A stretch of 64,000 nt of DNA from positions 64,001 through 128,000 of IMG/VR virus record IMGVR_UViG_3300046526_000553. The stretch is one strand, 5' to 3'. Made by a program: the position numbers and the translations under genes. The notes below the pieces were generated by a model. The model did no database searches, was not told the origin of the DNA, and was given only the letters and a program-made list of their open reading frames with translations. This document shows positions 54,595-64,000 of this stretch, in pieces. Numbering within the stretch: the first letter of the stretch is position 1; each line of letters opens with the position of its first letter. This DNA comes from a virus. Taxonomy: Duplodnaviria; Caudoviricetes.

Positions 54595-55299
54595 ATGACA
54601 GATACAATTACATGGAAAAACTTCACACTCGAAGATAGAAAACTATTAAGAAAATCATATAATCAATATTGGGACGAAATATGTAACTATAAAAGGTTTA
54701 ACCCTTACAGGATTCATCCTCACGATTTCTCCCCTTATATGAGCCCGATTGAAAATAACGTATGGCACGATATTAGAGTTTATGGATTACCGATGTTATT
54801 ACAAGTTCCATGTGGCAAATATTTTATAGATTTTGCTAATCCTAAATTGGGGATAGCAATCGAAGCCGATGGAAAAGAGTGGCATGGGGATAGGGAATAT
54901 GAAAAAGAGCGTGATGAATATCTAAGAGAAATGGGGTATTGTGACATCTATCATATTACAGGAAGAGATACATTTGATTTTAGAGAGAATGAGGAAATTG
55001 AACCAATTGATTGGGAATATATTAAAAGAATGGCGCTTATCTATCAAGAATTTAACGGATTTTCATATGAAGAAGCGAAGGACATTGCGATTGCTTTGGA
55101 ATATCCAGATTTAAGTTCAAATTCGGAAATCGTTGTAGGCAGGCTGGCTAGACGGTATACTCGCAGGCAAGCATATTTATCAAAAAAGCAACATGATGAA
55201 ATCTTTAAAGAATCTATAAGTATATATGATGGTCATGAAAGAGCGGAGAAATATATGGATAATGCCTGTATTATATGTGAGCGTGGAAAAGACCAATAA
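54595..55299 (+). CDS. DUF559/Vsr-like endonuclease domain protein
   Basis: SPIE, Q.PCGKYFIDFA, IEADGKEWH, ERDEYL. Confidence 0.8.
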   Translation: MTDTITWKNFTLEDRKLLRKSYNQYWDEICNYKRFNPYRIHPHDFSPYMSPIENNVWHDIRVYGLPMLLQVPCGKYFIDFANPKLGIAIEADGKEWHGDREYEKERDEYLREMGYCDIYHITGRDTFDFRENEEIEPIDWEYIKRMALIYQEFNGFSYEEAKDIAIALEYPDLSSNSEIVVGRLARRYTRRQAYLSKKQHDEIFKESISIYDGHERAEKYMDNACIICERGKDQ

Positions 55300-55302
55300 A
55301 TA

Positions 55303-55536
55303 TTAATCCTCGTCGTCAATTTTCTTAGTTCGCCTGCTTGTCCGACCACCAACTTCACCTACTTTAATAGCTCTTTGGTGCCCTGTGAGGCCGTCCCTAC
55401 CAACCTTATCCGAAGCAAAACCACCTGTCTTACCTTTTTTACCTCCGGTACTACCGATATGTTTGTAAAAATCTTCACCATATCGTTGCTTATTAGTTTC
55501 TGCAGCGGTCTTACCACCTTCTCGTGTACCTGCCAT
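55303..55536 (-). CDS. KGG-repeat small protein
   Basis: MAGTREGG.TAA.TNK.RYG.DFY..IG..GG. Confidence 0.75.
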   Translation of the reverse strand: MAGTREGGKTAAETNKQRYGEDFYKHIGSTGGKKGKTGGFASDKVGRDGLTGHQRAIKVGEVGGRTSRRTKKIDDED

Positions 55537-56568
55537 ATCATCCTCGCTTTCGCTTGTTGCTTAAGTTAATAATTCCATAGTACACCACCAGAACGGAAAA
55601 AGCAATACCATTACGAAACTTTGCGATATCACACCTCCTTAAACAATTAATAACTTTTGGCAGCGTGGTCGAATAAATCCTGCTGATATGCATTCAAAGC
55701 AGCTATATCACCATGCATAGACATGGTGGTTGGGAGGTATGGATATTGAGGCATATCCGGTATGGTTCTAGCTATTAATTTAGCAATAACCACTTTACCT
55801 TCTGGAGAATTACGCCAACGTTCTTGAATGTCAACTGCAACAGTTGCATTTTCACTTTGCTGCCATTTATATTATAGACCATGTGAAAATGGGCATTCTG
55901 ACGCACATACGATACTCTCTGGCTGGTTTTTCGAGCCTTCACGGGTTGTTGGGCATCGGAGCGATTCTATCGCCGGGTTGATAGTTTTCCAGGCACCATT
56001 GGCACATTTTCAGTATTTGTTCAATACGTGTAAAGGGAATTATATACAATTAAGCTTTTATAGTAAACACCACCATCCCAAGCAAACGTGAATTTCCAGC
56101 CTGCACTTGATTTACCGAGATGCACGTGACAAATATGTTCACAGTAACATCTGTCGCAAGGCAACTCGTAATCGGCATAATAATTAGTCCCCATTAGCTC
56201 TTTGCCGTATACTTTACCCAACCATTGAAAATAGCAAGTTTATCTATCATTTCTTCAATCTGTGTGTTGCTATATTGGCTAAAAATCATAGTCGGTAACA
56301 TTTTATGGTTAGATATTTTTACTTTATCGTCAGGGTAATGTTTAATAATATAGCTTATTACCATGCAAGCCTTTGGGTAATTCTCCTCTAGCTCGGGTAG
56401 TGACATTTTCATCGCTGCCTTGATTTCTTCATCTGTCACGATTGCGCACCTGCCTTTCAAATAACCCAAAGGCTATCCATATCACAGCCAATAGTATACT
56501 TGCTTTTATATGATGGTAGTAGCCAAACCATGTTCCCCAGAATAGACCGACTACACCAAATAGCCATT

Positions 56569-57303
56569 TCATCTTGAGGCTTCCTTAATCGCTGCCGAAA
56601 ATCCACCGAAATATTTTTTGAATGTCCATTGTGAAGGCAGGTCACGGCCCAAATCACTGGTATAGGGACGACGGTTATGCCTTTTCTCGAAACGTTGAAT
56701 CATATCTATTATTAATTCTTTGCTGTAGATAGTTTGTCTGCCTCTATTTTTACTTGGGAGTAGCCCTGCAATCTTAACGGCAACAACATAACTCCCGAAG
56801 GTTCTATAGACAGGCCCTCTCAACCCATCGTAATGTTTACCGAATTCCCTAAGTGATGGTGTGTGCCCCAGTATAACGCTTAAATCCTTAATCTTCTGGA
56901 TAAGCTGGTCTGGGCAGACCCCTTCAATATTTTTCTGTTCCAAGGTTTTACGTCCTCTTTCAGGATTACGAGGGGTTTGACGACCCATTTTGAGAGCAGC
57001 TAAACGTTTCATAATCAATTCGGAATCAGCAGCTTGAGCTATACGAACGTATTGTTCAGTTAAAGTGGGAGCTAATAGACTTGTTTTGGCACGTAATTTG
57101 AATTTACGCTTATAATCACGGGCATTGATATGGTGCTTTTTATTAGCATGTGAACCTAAGTTGCTAAACATTCCCCCACAAATATGACACTGGATTTTGG
57201 TACCATCTTTCGATTTACCAATAGTACCGATATAGCCGAAACCATCTTCAACTTTAGCTAGCGGCTCTTTATAGGGTTCATAATCTAAATCAGGATTCGT
57301 CAT
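56569..57303 (-). CDS. Zn-finger protein with homing-endonuclease-associated repeats
   Basis: CHICG..F..L..H...H; repeated LGHTPS / RRPY...YFG units. Confidence 0.6.
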   Translation of the reverse strand: MTNPDLDYEPYKEPLAKVEDGFGYIGTIGKSKDGTKIQCHICGGMFSNLGSHANKKHHINARDYKRKFKLRAKTSLLAPTLTEQYVRIAQAADSELIMKRLAALKMGRQTPRNPERGRKTLEQKNIEGVCPDQLIQKIKDLSVILGHTPSLREFGKHYDGLRGPVYRTFGSYVVAVKIAGLLPSKNRGRQTIYSKELIIDMIQRFEKRHNRRPYTSDLGRDLPSQWTFKKYFGGFSAAIKEASR

Positions 57304-58877
57304 CGACCGGTAATCTCGATAACATATCTTCTATCACAGGCTGAACATGTAAAGCTAAATCTTCAGCAGGCATCCCGGTCTGCTCTTCTATCATTTTTGC
57401 TGTGTGGTCACGTATGATTTCCCAGCCCCTTGCGTTAGGAGCAACACCGCCTTCAGTAAAGAACTTAGCAAAGGTATAAATACCCAAATTCATGCCCATG
57501 GTTATTAAATCATTATCCTGTTTTGAATTATCCATTTACTTTCACTTTGATTTCTTTAACATTATCAAATATCTGCAGAAGCCTGTTACCGTCAGTTTCA
57601 GTATCGATGCATATCATCGTGAAGTCTTTACCTCTATAAACTCCGCTAGGTAGGAAAGGCGCAATGATTTCGTTAGAATAGTAATCATGCTCATCGATAC
57701 CATCTCCTTCCCATTCGAAACCATTAGCTATAATTTTTTCTAAATTTTCTTTACTTTCAGCAAAGTGCACTTCATCACTTTCATCGTCAGATTCGGGCAG
57801 ACACCAATAATATTCGGTAGCATCCTCTATGGGGAAAACTACCCAGTCTTCCTTATAGCCGAAATAATCATAGATTTGTTTCTGCAAATCAAAATAATCG
57901 TCGAGTAATTTCATTACCTACCTCTCATAACGATGGCTTCAACATCTGTCACATTCCATTCCGCTAATACTAGAAAGGTATTACTATTGATACGCTCTAA
58001 TAGATATGGGTCTTTGACGGGAGCAAATTTTGACCATTTATCGACTTCAAACAAAATATAGTATTTGTCTAAACTTTTCGGGGTTGGAATGTGAGCCGGG
58101 ATAATCGGGACATTAGTTACAAGTTTATCTTCGAAAATATTCGCCCATGCTGCCACAGAAAGGTTACTGTTCTTCACCTTCCATGACTCAAAAGTTGATT
58201 CAGGCAAGTAAACCTCACCAGCAAACTTCCTTTCTCTCCAGTCATCAGGGTCATATTTAGTAAATCTCCCCGCCCCCTCAGCTTCTTTGGCGAAATAAAC
58301 TTGCTTCGCATCAGCCCTAACTATAGCTAATTTCGGTCTATCATATTCATCTTTACCGGTATCATTGAAAGCTTGATAAATATCAATAACCTTATACCCC
58401 TTTTTCAGCGCATAGTAAACTCGCCTCAGCGCATTATATTCTCTTGACTGACGGGTTTTAGCAGCTTCCAGATATTCTTTATATTTTTGCTCTGCTACAT
58501 CTTTATCTAGTTCAACTTTTGTGACTTGCATAAGAATTCCCTTCGTTCATTTTTCATCTCCTCCATTTATTAACTCTCGCTCAGAATCAGAAAGAATTAG
58601 AATCGGTGAAATATATTTAAAAGTCTTTCCTTTATGTTTTATGCCCATATGTATTTTAATAGATGTCCAGTCTTTTATCCCAAACTTGTCCACAAGTCTC
58701 TCCATAAATAACATATAATCTTCTACAGGTATATTAGGTTCGGCTATTTTTTTGAGTATTGAGTCATCAAAATTAGACTCTTTTTGATAATCACAGAACT
58801 GACATTTGGAAATCATACTAACTCCCGTATAATCTTATTTTTCGAAGCAGATTAAGTTAATTTTGCCGATAGCTATA

Positions 58878-59294
58878 TTATACATGCCTATTCCTTTTGA
58901 GGGGATAGTCCAACCCGTCGAGACAATTACTCTTTGCTACACTTAATCGTTGGAATAATGTTTTATATGAAATATTTATCAAATCGGCAGCATAAGATAA
59001 GGGTAAGGTTTCTCCTTTATAACTAACTAATTTAACGCTGCGTCTGTTGTTTGCCTGAGTTCTTCTATCTGCCCAAACTACATTGCCATGTATATATCCT
59101 AACGAATTGTCTTTACGCTCCAAGGTAAGTTTTGGATTCGGAGCTATGCCAACATCAAGTTTCCAGCTCACTTGTACAACTTCAAGATAATAATATCTTC
59201 TTGTAGTGTTTACCCTTGACCGTTTTGTTATGGATATCGAACCATCACTATCAAAAACTCCTGCTAGATATATGCTAAAATATTCCATAGTCAT
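58878..59294 (-). pseudogene. chimeric LAGLIDADG N-terminus / HNH C-terminus
   Basis: YLAGVFDSDGSI joined directly to LTLERKDNSLGY..GNVVWA...QANNRR. Confidence 0.6.
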
Positions 59295-59398
59295 GAATTA
59301 TACACGAACAGTTAAGGAAAATCAAGCAGAAATAGTTGTAAATAATGTCCTATCCAAGGCAACTAATCGCAGTGGTATTATAAACTTATAAGTTAAAT

Positions 59399-59656
59399 TT
59401 GGGAGTAGGATTTATGACTCATATTACGATTTTTTCAAACAAAAGCTGTGCGTCTTGCAGTATGATAAAGAAATTCCTTAAGCTTAAAAATATGTCCTAT
59501 AATGAAGTCGATTTGGACGAACATCCTGGGCTCCAAGCCGAAGCGTTCAAACTGAGTGGGGTTATGTCAGTCCCAGTTATTGTTATTGTTAGGGATGAGA
59601 AGCAGTCAGTTTTGGTCGGATATAATCTTGCTAAATTAGCTCCTGCACTGGCTTAG
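59399..59656 (+). CDS. glutaredoxin/NrdH-like protein
   Basis: CASC active site, SVPVIVI. Confidence 0.85.
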   Translation: MGVGFMTHITIFSNKSCASCSMIKKFLKLKNMSYNEVDLDEHPGLQAEAFKLSGVMSVPVIVIVRDEKQSVLVGYNLAKLAPALA

Positions 59657-60138
59657 TTGAATAAAGGATAGTATTTCTCAAATTTCTCACTGTTTAAGAA
59701 AAGAGTCGGTTTCTGCCCCAATTTTAATTCGTGCCACCACAAAGCCATCCGACCTGACCGACCGTTACCATCCGCAAAACTATGTACGTGCTCATAACGC
59801 TTATGCATTTCAATTGGGTCAAGATTTTGCCAATTTTCTTTCATATCCAAAAGCCAGTTATTAAGCAAATCATCCACTAACCACCAAGAAGGAGCTATTT
59901 TGTCTCCAATATATACATTAATTTTGGACATACTGCGAGTATAACCACGCTGGTCTGTTCTCAGGTCGTCTTGAAGCAAAGTTATCATTTTCTGGAGTTT
60001 ACAGATATTGGAAAAAGTCAATTCTGGCTGTTTTTTGAACCAGTTCCAGGCAACTAGGGATTGTTTGTCATAAGCTAGGTCGTCGATAGACTCTATCAAA
60101 TTCGATTCATGAATATACTGTTTTATATCGAGTTTCAC
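59653..60138 (-). CDS. Fic-domain protein
   Basis: HSFADGNGRSGR motif. Confidence 0.9.
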   Translation of the reverse strand: MKLDIKQYIHESNLIESIDDLAYDKQSLVAWNWFKKQPELTFSNICKLQKMITLLQDDLRTDQRGYTRSMSKINVYIGDKIAPSWWLVDDLLNNWLLDMKENWQNLDPIEMHKRYEHVHSFADGNGRSGRMALWWHELKLGQKPTLFLNSEKFEKYYPLFN

Positions 60139-60919
60139 AATAATTTACTTTTTCGGGCGATTTATCATTAACCTATCTATACCGCCTGTGAAGTCCCGTA
60201 AATTTGGTACTTCTATTTCGAAAGCTTCTTCGTTTGCCTCCCAGTACAGGCTTGAAGTCATATCATCACATTTGTCGCACCATAGATTTAGAAGAGTCGG
60301 TGGCCCAATATCATCCACATCGGGCATATCTATCCAATCTTTCAATTGGTCAAAGAAGTTTATGGGTTCATGGCATCTTGGACAATTTAAATCAATTTGA
60401 GTCATATTTTCAATATACACCATCATAACACTAAAATCAATGCTTTACTGTTTGTGCATACATCGCCATAGGGATTTTTGCCTCGCAAAATTTTCGAGCT
60501 TTAACCATTTCGAAAATCCGAATTTCAGAATTGCTTTTTTGTGACGGTCGTGTATAATAAATAAACAGTAATATGAAAAAACATATAGTAACTTTTTCCC
60601 AAATAGTTTTTTTATTAATCTTATTTCCAATTATAATTTTGGTCATTATATCTATATCATTCTCAAGCTATTTAAAATTGAAGTGGCACAGAAGCTGGGT
60701 TCTGCGTAGTATTATTACGATTATATTTATAGGATGTTTTATAGTTTTTGCTGCTGGTGTTACTAGGGAGCAGGATAAATGTAATAAGTTGGCTAGTAAA
60801 CAATTAAGTAAAAAACAATATCTTATAATGCAGGAGCAATATAATCGGCAGAAACCTACACCACGCATGCAATTTAATGAATCTTTATATGTTTTTAATA
60901 AATGTATTGGCTCATGAGA

Positions 60920-60948
60920 TTGACATTTCCGTTACGCTGGTGTATATT
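60920..60948 (+). promoter_or_regulatory. promoter of array B
   Basis: TTGACA-17 nt (ending CTGGTG)-TATATT, 7 nt before first pentamer. Confidence 0.8.
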
Positions 60949-60955
60949 AATTATT

Positions 60956-61835
60956 GGCTTGGATAGTCCTGCTTAGACACCTCTGGGCTCGGTGCGTCAC
61001 GGCTAGGCGAGGCAGGCGAGTTGAGTCTGGTCTCGGTGCGTCGTGGCACGTCGTGGTGCGTTGTGGTAATCGGAGCGGGGCAGGTTATGTTCAGGCAAGT
61101 CGGGGCTACGCAGGCACGTCGCCATTTGGCTAGATACGGTTAGTCTAGATATGTTTAGACAGGGCATGGCAGGCAAGGCTGGGTTCCGATGACTCGTTGG
61201 GGCTGGTCGTCACGAGTCACGGCTAGGCGAGGCAGGCTAGGAAAGTCGGGATGCGTCCCGCCATGTCGAGGCGCGTGATGACATGACAAGATATGGACAG
61301 GCAGGCTTGGCACCGATGTCGCGGTCAGTCGAGACCTGTCAGGGTCAGACTAAGCATGGCAGGCGGGGGAAGTCGCGTCGGGTTGAGCCGGGGTTTGGTT
61401 TGTCGGGTCTTGAGTTAGCGTGTTCTGTTGAGGTTAGGCAGGCAAGTCGTTTCTTGGTATGTCTCCTCGTGGCACGTCGAGTCATGTCAAGGCGTTACAC
61501 GGCAGGCATGACGTGGATGGCGAGTTCCGACGAGTCCGTGCGAGATTAGGCAATGCAGGCAAGATGTGACAGGTTCTGTTGTGTCGAGTTTTGTCAGGTT
61601 GGGGCGTAGCTAAGCAATGCATGGCAGGCAAGTCGAGTCCCGGTTAATCGGGTCGAGTCCGGACGAGTCTTGGCGGGGCGAGGTAAGGTGCGATTATTAT
61701 TGACTTTTAGGTGGTGTTGGTGTAATGTATATTATTGGCGGGGAATGTCGAGGCATACTGAGTTAAGTCTTGGTGAGTCAGGTCGAGACTAGTCAATGCA
61801 GGTACGTCGAGGTTTATTATGTCGAGTCAAGGCTT
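60956..61835 (+). ncRNA. VIPR-like guide array B (stand-alone, ~14 units, second internal promoter 61700-61728)
   Basis: G(G/T/A)Y-NN periodicity, GGCA/TGCA separators, GC-rich island in AT-rich DNA. Confidence 0.85.
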
Positions 61836-61839
61836 CCCT

Positions 61840-63420
61840 TTATATAAACCACCGCCGTTCAGAGGTCTGAGGCGTGGAATTGCTCCACGTCTTTTCCCTT
61901 TTTTCACTCATTCCCTCAATATTAACGTTATCATCTTCAGCCTTACTTTCTCTGTCATCAGAATATAAACTCCAAATTTTTGGAATTTTTCCGCTGGGCT
62001 CCCATACAGCTAGAGCACAACTATAGAAAGAATCTGCGTGTCCTTCAGAACTTTCCTGTGCTCGTAAATCATTGTCAACCATTAGTATTTGTGAAATCTG
62101 GCGACGTTCATTTATAAAATGAATAAGATTTTGATTCACTAACCCACCGAAATGAGCTGCCATAGCACCGGTTCTTCTGCTACTCATAACAATCGGTTGC
62201 ATACAACCGTCTAGCTTTCCTCTTTCAGCATAACTTTGCAGCTCGCCCCTAGTATCATCATAATATAAGTTACTTACATTAAAATATTCACAAACTCTAT
62301 TAACATGGTCAACCTGGTCTTTATAATCAATGCCATCAAACCAGTGTCCATAGACTTGTCTATATGAATAAATATCTTTTCCTTTATCATCCTCATGCTC
62401 GAATTTCTTGGCGAATAAAGCTAAATGTGATGGGTGAACTTTTTTACCAATGTCAAGTCCCGCAACAACAATTTCATCCTGCAATAATGGTTGTGGTTCT
62501 AGTTTACAGTTTTCTCTTGTGCTTAGCTCAATTAATTTGTCTCTTTTTATATAAGAACGTGATAATGCTACTGGCATTGCCTGATATTCTCGGTCAAATG
62601 TATCTGCATCCATCGAGATTCGTATAGCATTTAATTGGTCATAACTATATCTTTCAGGCCATAGTGTAACTTTATTTGGTTCATCAATAATTGAGGGAGC
62701 AATTGTTATTTTGAATAAAGTTCCTATACCCTTTTTATCGAAAAAGAAATCTTGGCCAGTCTGTGGGGTCCCAGCCATTCGACAGATACCATTAGGTTTC
62801 TTAATCATAGGTAATAAGTCGCCCCGAATTGCATTATTTATTTTTTTAATCGCCACTGGGTCAGGAGCAGCGCCATCGGTTTCGGTTTTTAGCGGATCGT
62901 CAACATAAAGTCTGTCACAATGGATTCCTCGATTATTGCCGAGTAATCCTTTGGGGTGTATGGTCATCAACGAGCCTTTTTCACCCCAACTATAACTTAA
63001 GATGCTCTCGGCTTGAGGTTTCCTATCGATAAGCGTTGAGAAGAATGGATTATAAGCAATTTCTTGTTTTAATTTTTTTAGTTGATAACTAGCCATTGAT
63101 TCAGAATATGAAAAATATTGTGCTTCGAAGCCTGCATTGTCCGTTGCAATAAATATCGCATAACAAATATCACAGTGTAATCTTGTACTTTTAAAATGGT
63201 CACGACCAGAAACATCAATTGTATACTTATTTTCTTCAAAGTTTTTGGCAATATCTTCCAAGTATTTTCCTGTAACAAATGTGCTATTAGGCTCGAAACA
63301 ATATCTAAATATATTATCTATGAACCAGTAGAATCCTGAAGACCTAGCTTTCTTCCGTGCCAAATCAATAGCCAAAGCTATCTTCTGCAGCTGCTGTTCT
63401 TGCTCATCACTTTCGTTCAT
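61840..63420 (-). CDS. terL: terminase large subunit
   Basis: GRDHFKST Walker A-like, LYVDDP Walker B, MAGTP, GLDIG RNase H-like domain, HADSFYSCALA. Confidence 0.9.
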   Translation of the reverse strand: MNESDEQEQQLQKIALAIDLARKKARSSGFYWFIDNIFRYCFEPNSTFVTGKYLEDIAKNFEENKYTIDVSGRDHFKSTRLHCDICYAIFIATDNAGFEAQYFSYSESMASYQLKKLKQEIAYNPFFSTLIDRKPQAESILSYSWGEKGSLMTIHPKGLLGNNRGIHCDRLYVDDPLKTETDGAAPDPVAIKKINNAIRGDLLPMIKKPNGICRMAGTPQTGQDFFFDKKGIGTLFKITIAPSIIDEPNKVTLWPERYSYDQLNAIRISMDADTFDREYQAMPVALSRSYIKRDKLIELSTRENCKLEPQPLLQDEIVVAGLDIGKKVHPSHLALFAKKFEHEDDKGKDIYSYRQVYGHWFDGIDYKDQVDHVNRVCEYFNVSNLYYDDTRGELQSYAERGKLDGCMQPIVMSSRRTGAMAAHFGGLVNQNLIHFINERRQISQILMVDNDLRAQESSEGHADSFYSCALAVWEPSGKIPKIWSLYSDDRESKAEDDNVNIEGMSEKREKTWSNSTPQTSERRWFI

Positions 63421-64000
63421 TTATATCCGCATCATATAAGTTATCTTCTTTCAAAACATCTCCGGCTGTATTGAACAAATTATTTATTTGTTCAGGACTG
63501 AATTTAGCAATCGCCCCACTTACTTTAATATCCTTTTCAGTTTTCCCAGGTGAAGTAATGGGCATGCCCAAAGCGACTCGTTCTCCATCGATGGCTATTT
63601 TCAATGCCTCTGCAATATATTTCACATTCTGAGCGCTGTACATCATCCGTTTATCAGGAACGGTTCCAGCCTTTTCAGTAGTTGTAACATAATTATATTG
63701 TCTCTTTATGTAATCATTGGCAATCGCCAAGTTGGACTTAACAAAGGTTTGCATTTGTCGAAAAGTTTCTAAGTGTCGTTCATTTATATCTTCTTTGGTT
63801 TCATTCTTGCGAGTTTGAATCTCCATTTTTTGTTCAATATGCTTTTCTTTTTTTAATTCCATCCAATTTTGTTTTTTTGCCCAACGAGCTACACTCGTAA
63901 CTGCGACGTTATAATGCCGAGCTGTTCCAACAAGTGAACTTTTTGGGTCGTTCACAAAATATTCACGAGCCTCGTCCCAATTTATTTTAGTAGGTATTCC
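63407..64000 (-). CDS. terS: terminase small subunit (5' end beyond window)
   Basis: HTH ARHYNV...V.RWAKKQNW, coiled coil, ERVALG; overlaps terL start. Confidence 0.7.
   Translation of the reverse strand, partial: GIPTKINWDEAREYFVNDPKSSLVGTARHYNVAVTSVARWAKKQNWMELKKEKHIEQKMEIQTRKNETKEDINERHLETFRQMQTFVKSNLAIANDYIKRQYNYVTTTEKAGTVPDKRMMYSAQNVKYIAEALKIAIDGERVALGMPITSPGKTEKDIKVSGAIAKFSPEQINNLFNTAGDVLKEDNLYDADINERK

Noticed and set aside
61283-61549. 88-aa ORF in array B
   Set aside because: same artefact of the pentamer array
60956-61835. self-targets of decoded guides within this window
   Set aside because: none noticed when comparing decoded strings to listed proteins, but this was not an exhaustive search

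Overview
This window is part of a large, AT-rich dsDNA phage genome read in standard code 11. It carries terminase large and small subunits, a replication initiator, a DnaB-like helicase, many HNH genes and a long run of small early-type genes. Several genes suggest a Saccharibacteria/CPR-like monoderm host (inference). Three non-coding systems stand out. (1) A CRISPR-free operon encodes a Cas7/RAMP-like protein and an accessory gene, with two promoter-driven RNA arrays made of 5-nt G(G/T/A)Y-NN units punctuated by GGCA (VIPR-like). Reading the variable NN pairs as codon positions 1-2 with the wobble base skipped spells the two catalytic motifs of a serine recombinase (YVRKST[DE][DE][DE][DE]RQA and IV[DE][DE]V[DE]R[FL][MI]RS). 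The guides therefore appear to target an integrase-bearing competitor element. (2) Three tRNA operons (24 tRNAs plus one pseudo-tRNA) are each preceded by a leaderless 20-26 codon peptide and a terminator/antiterminator. Each peptide's codons match the tRNAs downstream, which suggests attenuation-controlled tRNA supply on demand. (3) A Ro60/TROVE gene follows three Y-RNA-like genes. The window also has several unexplained structured RNAs, an IS1595-family element with cargo, a conserved TGGTG-extended promoter and a likely -1 frameshift. All calls were made by eye and no searches were run.
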